A DNA stretch of 64,000 nt from Candidatus Bathyarchaeia archaeon (GCA_038882975.1 JAVZNE010000004.1:1-64000), one strand, 5' to 3'. Positions 9,410 through 19,819 are shown, counted from the stretch's first letter. Notes: a model not told the origin generated them from the sequence alone. Made by a program: numbers and translations.

Positions 9410-10306
9410 ATGAAGCTCATCCGCTACTTTGACGGAGAAAGGGAAAGTTACGGTGTTTTATCCAGCGATGAAAAAACCGTGGTCTACTTGCCAAGCCTCG
9501 CCAAAACCATGCATAGACAACTTCCAAATAAAATGGAAGCCTTCGTGACGGCGGGAGAAAGGGCCATTAAAACTGCAGAAAAGCTCCTTAAAGAAGCCTC
9601 AAAACGCGCCATTGAGAAAAACTCGGTGCCTGTTAGTAGGATAAGGCTTCTGGCACCCATAGCCCACCCGCCAAAAATCATCTGCTTAGGGCTAAACTAT
9701 AGAGACCATGCCGCAGAACAAAATGCTCGAATACCAGACGAGCCAATAATCTTTCTTAAGCCCCACACAACAATAATTGGACCAAAAGAAAATATTATTA
9801 AGCCAAAATTTGTCAAAGAACTTGACTACGAAGCGGAACTAGCCATAGTGATAGGGCGAAAAGGTAAAAACATTCCAGTTTCAGAGGCGCGAAAGCACAT
9901 TTTTGGATACACAATTTTAAACGACGTTTCAGCAAGGGACATCCAGTTCAAAGATAGGCAGTGGACAAGGGGCAAAAGCTTCGACACCTTCGCGCCTATC
10001 GGACCATGCATAACAACGGAAAACCAAATGCGTGACACATCCAATCTCCGCATCAGAACATGGGTTGACGGAGAACTCCGCCAAGACTCAACAACGAGAA
10101 ACATGGTTTTCAACGTTTACGAGATAGTTCACCACCTAAGCAGAGTCATGACCTTGGAGCCATGCGACATAATTGCCACCGGAACACCCGCCGGTGTTGG
10201 CTTCGCCATAAAGCCGGAACCAAAATTTCTGAAACCCGGAAGCACTGTGAGGGTAGAGATTGAGAGGATAGGCGTTTTAGAAAATATGGTTGTTGAAGAA
10301 GGCTAG
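9410..10306 (+). CDS. Fumarylacetoacetate hydrolase family protein
   Basis: CLGLNYRDH, DYEAEL, NDVSARD, GKSFDTF, TGTPAGVG. Confidence 0.94.
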   Translation: MKLIRYFDGERESYGVLSSDEKTVVYLPSLAKTMHRQLPNKMEAFVTAGERAIKTAEKLLKEASKRAIEKNSVPVSRIRLLAPIAHPPKIICLGLNYRDHAAEQNARIPDEPIIFLKPHTTIIGPKENIIKPKFVKELDYEAELAIVIGRKGKNIPVSEARKHIFGYTILNDVSARDIQFKDRQWTRGKSFDTFAPIGPCITTENQMRDTSNLRIRTWVDGELRQDSTTRNMVFNVYEIVHHLSRVMTLEPCDIIATGTPAGVGFAIKPEPKFLKPGSTVRVEIERIGVLENMVVEEG

Positions 10307-10312
10307 CCTCGG

Positions 10313-12400
10313 CTACTTTTCAACTGAGATTTTGCTTTCACCAGCCTCCTTCTCCACACGGATGACATGTTCGGCTTTCTCGGCGAAAGCCTCGCTGTGG
10401 GTTACAGCAATTATTTGCTCCACAGCTTTAAACCTTGAGATGGCTTCTGCCAAGCGGTCTATTGAGCCGTCTTCCCTTCCAAGGCTTTCAGTGGGTTCGT
10501 CAAGCAGTAGGAGGCTTAAGCCATGACCGGTTCTGGACTGCATTATTAGTTGACCAAGCCCGAGGCGGTATGCGAAGGCTATTAGGGTGCGCTCTCCACC
10601 AGAAAGGTTTGAAACTTCTCTTTCCAAACCAGTCTCGCTTATTACATACGGCGTATAAGTCTCGTCTATCGTAATGTTTATGGGCGCTCCTTCTTCGCCT
10701 ACCAGGCTGTCTAGGATTTGCTGAACAAAATTCTTCAAGACTTTTACAAATTCGCTTCGCAGTTTTGGCTGAATGCTCCTATAGGCGTCACGTATGCCAC
10801 TTATAACGCCCAAAAGCTTGTCAAGCTTTTCCAACTCCTCCAATTTTTTCTGGGCTTGGTCTATTCGCTCCTTGATTTCATCCAACCGCTGCATCATGTC
10901 CTTCTTTCGGTTTTCCTTAGTTCGCAGGTCAGCTTCAAGTCTATAATACTGCTGAAAGGCTTGTTCTCTAAGCCTTCTGGCGGTTTCAAACTGAGACATG
11001 TCAAATCTGCCAATTTCCGCCCTTATGCCTTCAAGCTGAACTCTCAACGTGTTTTCCATTTTCTGCTTTTCCTCAAATTCCGTTGAAAGCTCGGCTAAAG
11101 CCTTAGACTCCTCGTTTAAGCGGGCTTTCAAGTCTTCAATTCTCGGCAGCAAAGCCTGAAGGTTAGATATGGCGGAGCTGGCTTTCTCCCTTATCTGCTG
11201 CAGTTCCTCGATGTCTTTTTGAAGCTGGCTTATGGTCATTTGCCTTTCGCTGTTTTCCTTTTGGATGCGCTCCACTAGGCTGTTCTTGTAATCGGCAGTT
11301 AGAGGCTGGAGGCAGAGCGGGCACCGGTTTTCAGTTGAAAGCGATGAAAGCCTTCGCTGGTCTGCTTGGAGATTTCTGAGAATAGCTTCCTGTTCTGCTT
11401 TTAGGCTTGCGATTTGCTCGTCGAAGGCTGAAAGGTGTTGCCTCAAGGTTTCGATAGGCTGATCTGCTGGAACCCCAACCGCTTTAAGCGCTTCCTTGTA
11501 GGTGTTTGCTTGCGACTCCATAGCGTTGATGCGCTGCTTCAAATTCTCAATTATTGCTTTTTTCCCTTCAAATTTTTCAGCCAACGAAGCCAGAGAATCT
11601 TCAAGGCTTGCTAGGCTGGCTTGTATCTGGGCTTCCCTGCGTTTGAGGTTCTCTACGGATGTTCTAAGCTCCTCAAGTTTTTTGAGTTTCTGGTCTGCCT
11701 CCTCCAAAGCCTTTTTGGCTTCGCCAAGTTTTCTCGTGTATTCTTGGATGTCAACCTCTAGCTGGGCGAAGTCTCTGGCTAGGCTGTTGTAATCCTCATT
11801 AAGCTTTTTAATTCCAACTATGTCCGGGTCCTTTTCGTATGCTCTTTTTTCGCCTTCGTATTCTTTCTGGTAACCAGCCATATTGCTCCATGCTGTTTCG
11901 TATTCTGACAAACCGAAGAGTTCGTCTAGGCGTTTTTGCCGCTCTCTCGGCGGGGCGTCCAAAAGCTCTTTTAGGTGTTCTTGGCGAACCCAGACTATTT
12001 CTCGGAAAAGCTCCTTCTCCAATCCCGTAATAGCCTTCAATTGTTCTGCAACGGCGTCGCTTTTCACACTTGCAATTAGGGTTTCGCCCTCAAAGAGTTT
12101 AAGCTCTTCAAAGTCTTGGCTTATGCCCTTCCCACGCCTCTTCAAACCCCTCGATATAGTGTAGCTTTTGCCGTTGTGGGTGAACTGGACAACAACTTTT
12201 CCAGTTTCAGCACCATCCCGTAATAGATAGTCGTAACTCCTTCCAAGGGGGTCTCCGAAAAGGGCGAAGTCTATGGCGTAAAGTATACTGGATTTTCCAC
12301 AACCCAAACCGCCAACAAGACAGTTGAAACCTCTTGCAAATGGAACTGTGGACTTCACGTGGGAGCGGATGTTCTCCAACTGGACAACTTCGATTTTCAT
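10313..12400 (-). CDS. rad50: Rad50 / SbcC-family ATPase
   Basis: Walker A GCGKSS, coiled coil with central CPLC zinc hook, LSGGER, LLDEPT; coupled to mre11. Confidence 0.92.
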   Translation of the reverse strand: MKIEVVQLENIRSHVKSTVPFARGFNCLVGGLGCGKSSILYAIDFALFGDPLGRSYDYLLRDGAETGKVVVQFTHNGKSYTISRGLKRRGKGISQDFEELKLFEGETLIASVKSDAVAEQLKAITGLEKELFREIVWVRQEHLKELLDAPPRERQKRLDELFGLSEYETAWSNMAGYQKEYEGEKRAYEKDPDIVGIKKLNEDYNSLARDFAQLEVDIQEYTRKLGEAKKALEEADQKLKKLEELRTSVENLKRREAQIQASLASLEDSLASLAEKFEGKKAIIENLKQRINAMESQANTYKEALKAVGVPADQPIETLRQHLSAFDEQIASLKAEQEAILRNLQADQRRLSSLSTENRCPLCLQPLTADYKNSLVERIQKENSERQMTISQLQKDIEELQQIREKASSAISNLQALLPRIEDLKARLNEESKALAELSTEFEEKQKMENTLRVQLEGIRAEIGRFDMSQFETARRLREQAFQQYYRLEADLRTKENRKKDMMQRLDEIKERIDQAQKKLEELEKLDKLLGVISGIRDAYRSIQPKLRSEFVKVLKNFVQQILDSLVGEEGAPINITIDETYTPYVISETGLEREVSNLSGGERTLIAFAYRLGLGQLIMQSRTGHGLSLLLLDEPTESLGREDGSIDRLAEAISRFKAVEQIIAVTHSEAFAEKAEHVIRVEKEAGESKISVEK

Positions 12401-13602
12401 TGGAGAAGCTCCTCCAGAATCTGCCTAACCTTTTCGTCTTGCTTTTTGGTTAGCGGCTCAATTAGGTTGACAGCAGCCTTGGCAATTTTCTCAGCTTCTT
12501 GCGGGCCGTAGCGTTCAGAGAAGATTTGGAGGAAGTATTCGAAACTTTTCGTTTTCAAATCCTTGATTTCGCTCTCGAATATGGAGCGAACAACAGCCTC
12601 TGGAACTTCGCTCTCCCGCAGCAAAATAACCGGATGGACAAGCAAAGCCTTTTCAGCCGCGCCCCTAATTTGGGCGACATCAACCTCTGCACGGCTAGCC
12701 TCAACGGGCAAGACACCACGCAAAACTGGAATTAAAACAGCACCTTCTTCGTCGGCGCCCTTCACGAGTTGCACAGCGTGTTCAGTGATTTTCGACGCAG
12801 TAACACCAGTAAAGTCTTGCTCTAAAACAACAAATTTGCGGGGAGACTCCAACTTTATAAACTGTGGAGTAACCTCTCCTTTCTCGTTCACTTCCACATA
12901 GTAGAAGCCCTTCTCGTTCCCAGCCTCGTCATAGTTTATTGTCTCTGTGCTTCCTGGGTAAACGAGTAATCCGGTTTTTAGCGTTCCCATGTAGGATCTG
13001 TGAACATGTCCAGCAGCATAGTAATTGAAGCCTTCGGGTATAAGCTCAACTGGGGCTTCAGCCTCTATGTAGGGCGGATTAACCTCTGGAATATCCAGTG
13101 CCATGTGAAAAACGAAAATATTGAACAGTGAAGGGTCAGGCGTTGGTTTGTTCTGCTCCATAAAAGCTGGAAGCATCTCCTCAGTTTTACGCCTAGTCCG
13201 ATAGTTGGGCACTCCGTAAACGTAGCAGCATTCCGGTTTCCGCCAACAAGCCCCCTCATGTCTTGGCAGATAGTAGATGAGCCCGGCACTGTCCAATGGG
13301 TTGAGAATTGTGCTGGTGACAACGTTTGGCGCAGAGTCGTGGGAGCCGTCAACAACCAGCACTGGAATGCCGGCCTCGCGGAGTCTGCTGAAGTTTTTTA
13401 TGGCATTCTCCAGTGTTACGTTGGATGGTCTGGCATTGTGGAAAAGGTCTCCAGAAATTATGAGGAATGACGGTTTTAGCTCAAGGGTTTTGTCAACAAG
13501 CTCCTTAAACGCTTTGTCAAAGTCTTCACGTCTCACTTCTAAACCATATTGAGAATAGCCCAAATGCAAGTCTGCGGCATGAACGAAACTGAAAGCCTTC
13601 AC
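12397..13602 (-). CDS. mre11: Mre11 / SbcD nuclease
   Basis: DLHLG, GDLFH, GSHD, GHVH, YPGS phosphoesterase motifs. Confidence 0.92.
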   Translation of the reverse strand: MKAFSFVHAADLHLGYSQYGLEVRREDFDKAFKELVDKTLELKPSFLIISGDLFHNARPSNVTLENAIKNFSRLREAGIPVLVVDGSHDSAPNVVTSTILNPLDSAGLIYYLPRHEGACWRKPECCYVYGVPNYRTRRKTEEMLPAFMEQNKPTPDPSLFNIFVFHMALDIPEVNPPYIEAEAPVELIPEGFNYYAAGHVHRSYMGTLKTGLLVYPGSTETINYDEAGNEKGFYYVEVNEKGEVTPQFIKLESPRKFVVLEQDFTGVTASKITEHAVQLVKGADEEGAVLIPVLRGVLPVEASRAEVDVAQIRGAAEKALLVHPVILLRESEVPEAVVRSIFESEIKDLKTKSFEYFLQIFSERYGPQEAEKIAKAAVNLIEPLTKKQDEKVRQILEELLQ

Positions 13603-13719
13603 GCCTTCTCCACCCTTTCAAATTAACTGGACGTTTACTCCTATTAACGTTTAACCCATCGCCCATAGAAACATATAAAGAACAAAACCTCATTTTAAGC
13701 GGTTAAAAGGCGCCTCAAA

Positions 13720-14535
13720 ATGAAGTGCCAAAAATGTGGAACAGAGACCTTTCTGCCGTTTAAATGTCCTTACTGTGGAGGGTATTTCTGCACCGAGCAC
13801 CGTCTACCAGAAAACCATGAATGCCCAAGAATCGAAACGGCACGGGCACCAGTAAAGGAAGAGCAAACAAGAGCTTCCCAAACATGGAAGCCGCTTGAAT
13901 ACACAATCACATATATCCCAATAGAAACTAGAAGGAAAATTCACTTCAGCACCAAAGAAGTCATGCATTTTGCGGTGGCGGCGCTGGTTGTTTTTGGCAT
14001 AGGACTGTCCCTAGGAATTTCGCCCAGAACAATCAAAAATATCGGAGGGGTTCCGATGCTCCTCGCCTTTGGAGCTATAGTAATGGCTTCCTTTCTAATC
14101 CACGAATTAGCCCACAAGTTCACAGCTCAGAAAAACGGCTTATGGGCGGAATTCAGAATAATACTTTTTGGCTTAGTATTAACGGCCATATCCATTGTTT
14201 CGCCACTCTTCAAAATAATATCACCGGGAGCAGTGGTCATTTCGGGGTTAACAAGCAAGAGAAGTGTTGGTAAAATCTCAATAGCCGGACCATTCACAAA
14301 CATCTTATTGTCCATGGTATTTCTTATCGCTGCGTATTTTGCCCCAGCGGGCAGCTTTGAGTATTTGTTTCTACTGAGTTTCGCGATAAATGCTTGGATA
14401 GTCTTCCTCAACCTAATCCCCTTTGGAATGCTTGACGGCTTTAAAGTCTTCTTCTGGAACAAGGTTGTTTGGGCTTTAGCCTTCACCACAAGTTTAGTCT
14501 TAACATTGGCATCATTCATACTTTTACCAGTATAG
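13720..14535 (+). CDS. AN1-type zinc finger fused to M50 (site-2) intramembrane metalloprotease
   Basis: CxxC...CPYCGGYFCTEHRLPENHEC; HELAH, AGP, NLIPFGMLDG. Confidence 0.85.
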   Translation: MKCQKCGTETFLPFKCPYCGGYFCTEHRLPENHECPRIETARAPVKEEQTRASQTWKPLEYTITYIPIETRRKIHFSTKEVMHFAVAALVVFGIGLSLGISPRTIKNIGGVPMLLAFGAIVMASFLIHELAHKFTAQKNGLWAEFRIILFGLVLTAISIVSPLFKIISPGAVVISGLTSKRSVGKISIAGPFTNILLSMVFLIAAYFAPAGSFEYLFLLSFAINAWIVFLNLIPFGMLDGFKVFFWNKVVWALAFTTSLVLTLASFILLPV

Positions 14536-14573
14536 CTCCAAATTCTGTAAACTCGTAGTCCAGCTGAAAACGC

Positions 14574-14882
14574 CTAAAGAAGTTCTATTGTCACGTGCAC
14601 TTCTTCTGGGACGCGGATACGCATAATTCGCCTCATGGCGCGTTCTTCAGCGTCAATGTCCACTAGACGTTTGTGGATGCGTAGTTCCCACTTGTCCCAT
14701 GTAGCTGTTCCCTCACCACATGGAGACTTCAAAACTGGAACCTTAAGCCTCTTGGTAGGCAACGGAATAGGCCCTGTCATTTTCACCCCTGTTTTTTCGG
14801 CTATCGCCTTAAGCTCTTGGCATACTTCCTCGAGCTTCTTGTAGTCTGTGCTTGTTAGGCGTATCCGCGCCTTCCTAACCAT
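14574..14882 (-). CDS. rps10: 30S ribosomal protein uS10
   Basis: [28 protein letters not shown]. Confidence 0.97.
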   Translation of the reverse strand: MVRKARIRLTSTDYKKLEEVCQELKAIAEKTGVKMTGPIPLPTKRLKVPVLKSPCGEGTATWDKWELRIHKRLVDIDAEERAMRRIMRIRVPEEVHVTIELL

Positions 14883-15003
14883 AGGCTAATACTCCAAACC
14901 TTCAACCTTTTATATCCTTTAGTAGGTATCCTTTTAGACAATAAACCATAGAATAAAAACTTATCGAAACAAAAGCCTTTCAACTGGCAAAAGAGGCGGA
15001 AGG

Positions 15004-15654
15004 ATGAAGCTTAAAGTCAAAGGGATAATCATAGACTTGGACGGCACGCTCACAGACTCTAAAGAAGCCTACCGTGAAGCCCTAGCAAGAGCCCTAGAAA
15101 CTTTTGGCATTGAAGAGTTTGACCCTCGTTTGGTTTTGGAAATCCCGAGAAGATTGGAGCAGAACTTGCCAATAGAGAGTTTACTGCCAAAAATAAACGT
15201 TGAAAAGTTCCTAAATATCTATCTTGAAGCCTATTACAAGATTGCCGAGGATAAGGCGAGACTAATGCCAAACGTACAAAAAACGCTTGAAAAACTTTCG
15301 GGAAAAGCTAAAATGGCTTTGCTTACAATGCGCTATGTTCCATGCGAAAATATTGGAAAGTGGCTGGAGAAGGTTGGTTTAGCCAAATATTTCCAATGCG
15401 TCGTGACAGCTCTGAATACACCGTTTCCGAAACCTTCTCCCAAGGCGTTGGTTGAATGTGCTAAACGGTTAGGCGTTAAAGTAGACGAATGTGCCATTGT
15501 AGGTGACTCCGTAACGGACGTTAAGGCTGGAAAGAATGCCGGAGCAAAAACAATCGCTGTTTTATCCGGAATCTTCACAAAGGAAGAGTTGGAGAGGGAA
15601 AAACCAGACCTGATCATTAATAACATCGGGGAACTCCCAAGTTTTCTTTACTAG
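15004..15654 (+). CDS. HAD-family hydrolase (phosphoglycolate phosphatase-like)
   Basis: DLDGTL, KPSP, VGDSVTD. Confidence 0.9.
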   Translation: MKLKVKGIIIDLDGTLTDSKEAYREALARALETFGIEEFDPRLVLEIPRRLEQNLPIESLLPKINVEKFLNIYLEAYYKIAEDKARLMPNVQKTLEKLSGKAKMALLTMRYVPCENIGKWLEKVGLAKYFQCVVTALNTPFPKPSPKALVECAKRLGVKVDECAIVGDSVTDVKAGKNAGAKTIAVLSGIFTKEELEREKPDLIINNIGELPSFLY

Positions 15655-15775
15655 GGAATATTACAAAGCATGCAATATGGTTGAAAATTACTTAAGAATA
15701 TTATAGAAGCAACCATAAATAAAGCTTAATTAAAACCTTAAACTTAGTATTAAAGCGGAGAGGGCTTCGAAGACA

Positions 15776-16390
15776 ATGAATTTCATTGAGACTTTGCTGT
15801 CTGAAAAACTTAAAAGCAAAAATCCAATGCTGGACCTCTTTGGCGCTGATCGAAAGGTTCTGCAAATAGCATGCCAAGACTTCACCAACTACATGAAGGT
15901 TTACTGGAACCTTGTGGGCAAAGAAGCAAACGATTTCGAACTTGCCGACAAACTAGAGGAATTCTATCAAAAGGAGCCTAAAGAGTTTGAAGAGTTCGTA
16001 GACTTGTGGACTGGCATATGGCTGAAAAAGTGGGGTGAAAGGGTAAAACTACTGATAGGCAACGAGGAAGCCCACAGATGGAACAAAGTTACAAAAATCC
16101 TAAACAGCGCTGAGCCCATATGGAGGAGGCTCACCAATCGCAGAGAAATGCAAGAAGTCGTCATATCAACACTCATTAAAAATGGGGAGATATGCGGCAC
16201 GTCAATTTTGGCTGAAAACCTTCTAAAAATGGAACTGGGCGAAAACAAGAGGAAGTATACAAGCGACCAAGAGCAAGTGCTAAACATCGTGAACAGCACA
16301 TTGCGCAGAGCCAGAGAGTTGACAAGAAGCAAGGGACCGCTTATATTCGTCAGAATTGATAAGGGCTATTACAATAATAACGAGTTTTAG
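15776..16390 (+). CDS. Hypothetical protein
   Basis: 204-aa ORF with GGAGAGG RBS and AT-rich promoter region; no recognised motif. Confidence 0.75.
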   Translation: MNFIETLLSEKLKSKNPMLDLFGADRKVLQIACQDFTNYMKVYWNLVGKEANDFELADKLEEFYQKEPKEFEEFVDLWTGIWLKKWGERVKLLIGNEEAHRWNKVTKILNSAEPIWRRLTNRREMQEVVISTLIKNGEICGTSILAENLLKMELGENKRKYTSDQEQVLNIVNSTLRRARELTRSKGPLIFVRIDKGYYNNNEF

Positions 16391-16584
16391 CGGATTCGCT
16401 CTCTGTTAAGGTTTTTAGTCTGCCAAGAATAACGCCTAATAGTTGTTGAAGCCCCATAACCGCATGCAGCACACCGCTTTTTAGAAACGTTATAGGCTCT
16501 CCTTCCACAACGCCTACAACGTATGTGAAGAGTTTTCCCAGCCCGTTTTCCAAAGGATGGTGTCCCCTTTCCCAAAATTTTCAC
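16387..16584 (-). CDS. rpl37e: 50S ribosomal protein eL37
   Basis: [14 protein letters not shown]...CAACGYG; start may be TTG 16575. Confidence 0.96.
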   Translation of the reverse strand: MKILGKGTPSFGKRAGKTLHIRCRRCGRRAYNVSKKRCAACGYGASTTIRRYSWQTKNLNRERIR

Positions 16585-16808
16585 CTAGGCGGCGGCGAAA
16601 TTAGTACCACGTTGTCTCCGCGGACAATTATTAAGCCAAGCTTCTTAGTGTTTTCAGCGTCTGTAGTGTCTTCGGTCTCCTCAAGAACAAGGTTTAGGTG
16701 TTGGTCAAAGCCCTTCAGCCTACCTCTAAGGCTTTTTCCACCCTTCAACCTCACAAGCACTATTTTTCCAAGGTTTTGCTCGAGGATTTCTGTTGTCATC
16801 TCGCTCAT
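16581..16808 (-). CDS. Sm-like archaeal protein (SmAP/Lsm)
   Basis: [17 protein letters not shown]; conserved linkage to rpl37e. Confidence 0.96.
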   Translation of the reverse strand: MSEMTTEILEQNLGKIVLVRLKGGKSLRGRLKGFDQHLNLVLEETEDTTDAENTKKLGLIIVRGDNVVLISPPPR

Positions 16809-16889
16809 TTGCAGACCTCAATAGACATTTACCCTTTTTATACTTAAACTTATACCATTTAAACCTATCTAAACAAGAAGAGAAAAACC

Positions 16890-17396
16890 ATGTCGAAAAG
16901 GGGTAAGAGACATTTTCTAAAGGATAAAGAGGCGAAGAAGCTTTTAGAAAACGCCTCAAAAAGTCTCAAAATAGCGTTAGAAAAATGTTTCGCCAAAATG
17001 CCAAAAATAGAAATTTTTGAAGCGGATTTCGGTGAGGTCTACCTCTTAAACGACGAGCCGGCACTTTTCAAAATCGAAGAAAACGTTTACCCAACCCTAC
17101 TGTTTAAAGAAGTTTTCAGCTTGTTGCCTAAAGTCGTTGTGGATATGGGAGCTGTTCCCCACGTTTGCAATGGTGCAGACGTGATGGCTCCGGGAATTTT
17201 ACGATGTGAAGGAAAATTTGTGAAAGGCGACATGGTTTTGGTTGTGGACGAGAAATATGGGAAGCCTATTGCCGTTGGCGAAATCCTCTACGATTTGGAA
17301 GAGGCTGTTGAGGTTAGGCATGGCGTTGTGGTTAGGAACATTCACTATGTCGGCGACAAAATCTGGAAAACTATAAGGGAGTTGGCAGGAGCATAG
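16890..17396 (+). CDS. PUA-domain RNA-binding protein (DUF1947/MCTS1-like)
   Basis: YPTL, VDMGAVPHVCNGADVMAPGI, HYVGDKIW. Confidence 0.9.
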   Translation: MSKRGKRHFLKDKEAKKLLENASKSLKIALEKCFAKMPKIEIFEADFGEVYLLNDEPALFKIEENVYPTLLFKEVFSLLPKVVVDMGAVPHVCNGADVMAPGILRCEGKFVKGDMVLVVDEKYGKPIAVGEILYDLEEAVEVRHGVVVRNIHYVGDKIWKTIRELAGA

Positions 17397-17541
17397 CAAA
17401 AGTAAGCTTAAATTCATATTTCGGATTCATAAACCTATTAACATTAATCTGTATTTTAGGTTCAGAGCACCGCTCAACAAGGAAACGCTTAAACTCTTAA
17501 AAGGGGTAAATAGTATAAAGAGCGTAATAGAGAGGAGAAGT

Positions 17542-17913
17542 TTGCCGGGTTTAGGTGAACTCTTCCGCAAATACAAGAAAGAGGAAAAGGCGGAAACGCC
17601 GAAAGCGGAAGCCAAGGAGAAGCCCGGCAAAACCTTCCTGAAGGCTATGCCCCTCCGAGACTTGTCTGACTTGGATGTTGTTAAAAAGGAGGTGCGCTCC
17701 GGAAATATCTTGATTCTTAGAATAACTCCCCTTGCAAATAAGAGCGTGGACGATGTTAAGCGGGCTGTTAACGAGTTATGCGAGTTTGTTGAGTCTGTTG
17801 GCGGGGACATTGCCCGCCTAGGCGAGGAACGTGTTGTTATTTGTCCTCCTAACGTGAAGATTTGGAGAGAGAAAACGCCGGTGGCAAGTGAGCCTATACC
17901 TACAGCAGCCTAA
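17542..17913 (+). CDS. sepF: Cell division protein SepF
   Basis: GNILILRI, GGDIARLGEERVVICP. Confidence 0.85.
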   Translation: MPGLGELFRKYKKEEKAETPKAEAKEKPGKTFLKAMPLRDLSDLDVVKKEVRSGNILILRITPLANKSVDDVKRAVNELCEFVESVGGDIARLGEERVVICPPNVKIWREKTPVASEPIPTAA

Positions 17914-19819
17914 TTGTTTCCATAACCGCCGGCGCAAAGCTCTGGATTCCACACTTTTTCTCTATGAAATTGGATATGCTGGCTATTTTGGCTCTTTCAC
18001 CGTGGCAAACTATAACCCTTTCTGGTCTAGGCTTCAAATGTGTCAAGTAATTTATTATTTGCCGCCTGTCAGAGTGTCCCGAAAAGCCCTCTATGGATTC
18101 TACTCGCATCTTGACTTTTACAACGCTCATTTTGCCTTCACTGTCAATCATTGCCACTTCGTTTATGCCTTTTTGGACACGTCTGCCTAAAGTGCCCTCA
18201 ATCTGGTAGCTTACGAAGACTATGGAGTTTCTCTCGTCTTCTGCCAAGCTTTTGAAGTATTCTATTACCGGTCCGCCTTCAAGCATGCCTGACGTAGCCA
18301 TTATAATGCATGGTTCCCCATCAATGACGTTTTGCCTAACGCTTGGATGTTCCACAACAGTAAAGTAGTCCGACTCGAAGGGGTTTACTCCGTCGTGGAG
18401 GATGCTGTTGCGAACCTCTCTACCCAGATATTCCGGATAAGCCGTGTGGATTGCGGTGGCTTCAGAAATCATGCCCTCGATGAAGACTGGAGCCTCCTTC
18501 ATGAGCCCCCGCTTCATGTAGCCGTCCAAAACAAGCATTATTTCTTGGGCTCTGCCCACCGCTGGCACTGGGATAAGAACTTTGCCCCTCTTCTCTAGGG
18601 TTTCGTTCACTATTTTTGTTAGGCGTTCTTCAGCCTCAACCCTTGACGGCATAATGTCCTCTGGACCGCCATAAGTGCTTTCAGTTATGACGGTTTCAAC
18701 CCTTGGGAACTCGGCTGTTGCCGCCTCTAAGAGCATGGTTCGTGCATACTTGTAGTCGCCTGTATAGACAATGTTGTGTAAGCCTTCGCCTATGTGCAAA
18801 TGTACTATCGAAGAGCCTAAAATGTGTCCGGCATTGTGCAGTGTCAGCCGAACGTCTGGAGCTATGTCGGTTACAACACCATAACGCAGTGGAATCGTGT
18901 GGAGGACACACTCTCGAACATCTTTCTGGTCGTAGGGTGGGATTATGCCCTGCTTGCTGGCTACATCTAAATAGTCAAGTTGGAGCAGCGTCATTAAGTT
19001 TGATGTTGGCGCGGAACAGTAAACAGGACCTTCATAACCATACTTGTAAAGGAAGGGCACCAAGCCGCAGTGGTCGAGGTGGGCGTGGCTTATAACAACA
19101 GCATCCAGCGAGTCTATTTCAAAGGCTGGGTGGTCAAACCTTGGAAATGCCTCAAAGGGCTTTGATGAGCCAGGGTTTATGCCACAATCCAAGAGGATGC
19201 TGCTTTCCCTAGTCTGCACAAGGAAAGCTGAACGCCCAACCTCTTGAACGCCACCAAGAGGCGTGATACGAACATCCCCAACTTCGAAGATTTTTGGTCT
19301 GAAGATTCTCTCGCCAAAGGTGCGGAGGTTCCGCTCCCTCTCCTTGCTTTCTGAGTGGAGGTAGTGGCGCATATGCGCAATAATTTTGGAGCGCAGTGGT
19401 GGACTTCTCAAAACGTGGGGACGCCACTTCGTCTTCCTTATAATCTCCTGAAGAACAGTGCCATTTTTCCCTATGACTAGCCCAGGCTTTTTAGCTTCAA
19501 TAATTATTTCGCCAAGGCTTGGATCAAAGTATACATCTGTGACTTCAGCTTCTGGCGGGATTATTTCGCGGGCTATTTTTTCAGCTTCCTTTTCTGGGAG
19601 CCTAACAGATGGGTCTGAGCGGACGACTATTCTTTTTCTTATGACGTTGACTATATCTGCAATTAGGCTACTTTGCTCTACGAGGATTTCTGGTCTTTTG
19701 GCGTAGACTGCCAGCATTGGACCTTCATATTCTACTCTTGTGACTTCCGCCTCTTTTGGAACATGCTCAAGTATGTATTTGCTTATTTCGATTTTCTCCC
19801 TTTCAGTGTTGGGCGCCAA
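17900..19819 (-). CDS. fttA: Beta-CASP ribonuclease aCPSF1 / transcription termination factor FttA
   Basis: N-terminal KH domains, SHAHLDH, AGHILGS, FSGHSD. Confidence 0.96.
   Translation of the reverse strand: MAPNTEREKIEISKYILEHVPKEAEVTRVEYEGPMLAVYAKRPEILVEQSSLIADIVNVIRKRIVVRSDPSVRLPEKEAEKIAREIIPPEAEVTDVYFDPSLGEIIIEAKKPGLVIGKNGTVLQEIIRKTKWRPHVLRSPPLRSKIIAHMRHYLHSESKERERNLRTFGERIFRPKIFEVGDVRITPLGGVQEVGRSAFLVQTRESSILLDCGINPGSSKPFEAFPRFDHPAFEIDSLDAVVISHAHLDHCGLVPFLYKYGYEGPVYCSAPTSNLMTLLQLDYLDVASKQGIIPPYDQKDVRECVLHTIPLRYGVVTDIAPDVRLTLHNAGHILGSSIVHLHIGEGLHNIVYTGDYKYARTMLLEAATAEFPRVETVITESTYGGPEDIMPSRVEAEERLTKIVNETLEKRGKVLIPVPAVGRAQEIMLVLDGYMKRGLMKEAPVFIEGMISEATAIHTAYPEYLGREVRNSILHDGVNPFESDYFTVVEHPSVRQNVIDGEPCIIMATSGMLEGGPVIEYFKSLAEDERNSIVFVSYQIEGTLGRRVQKGINEVAMIDSEGKMSVVKVKMRVESIEGFSGHSDRRQIINYLTHLKPRPERVIVCHGERAKIASISNFIEKKCGIQSFAPAVMETIRLL

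Noticed and set aside
17410-17490. Possible second C/D-like RNA on the minus strand (TGTTGA...CTGA, AACCTA/TAGGTT stem)
   Set aside because: The boxes are degenerate, the first guide is only 8 nt and there is no convincing terminal D box.
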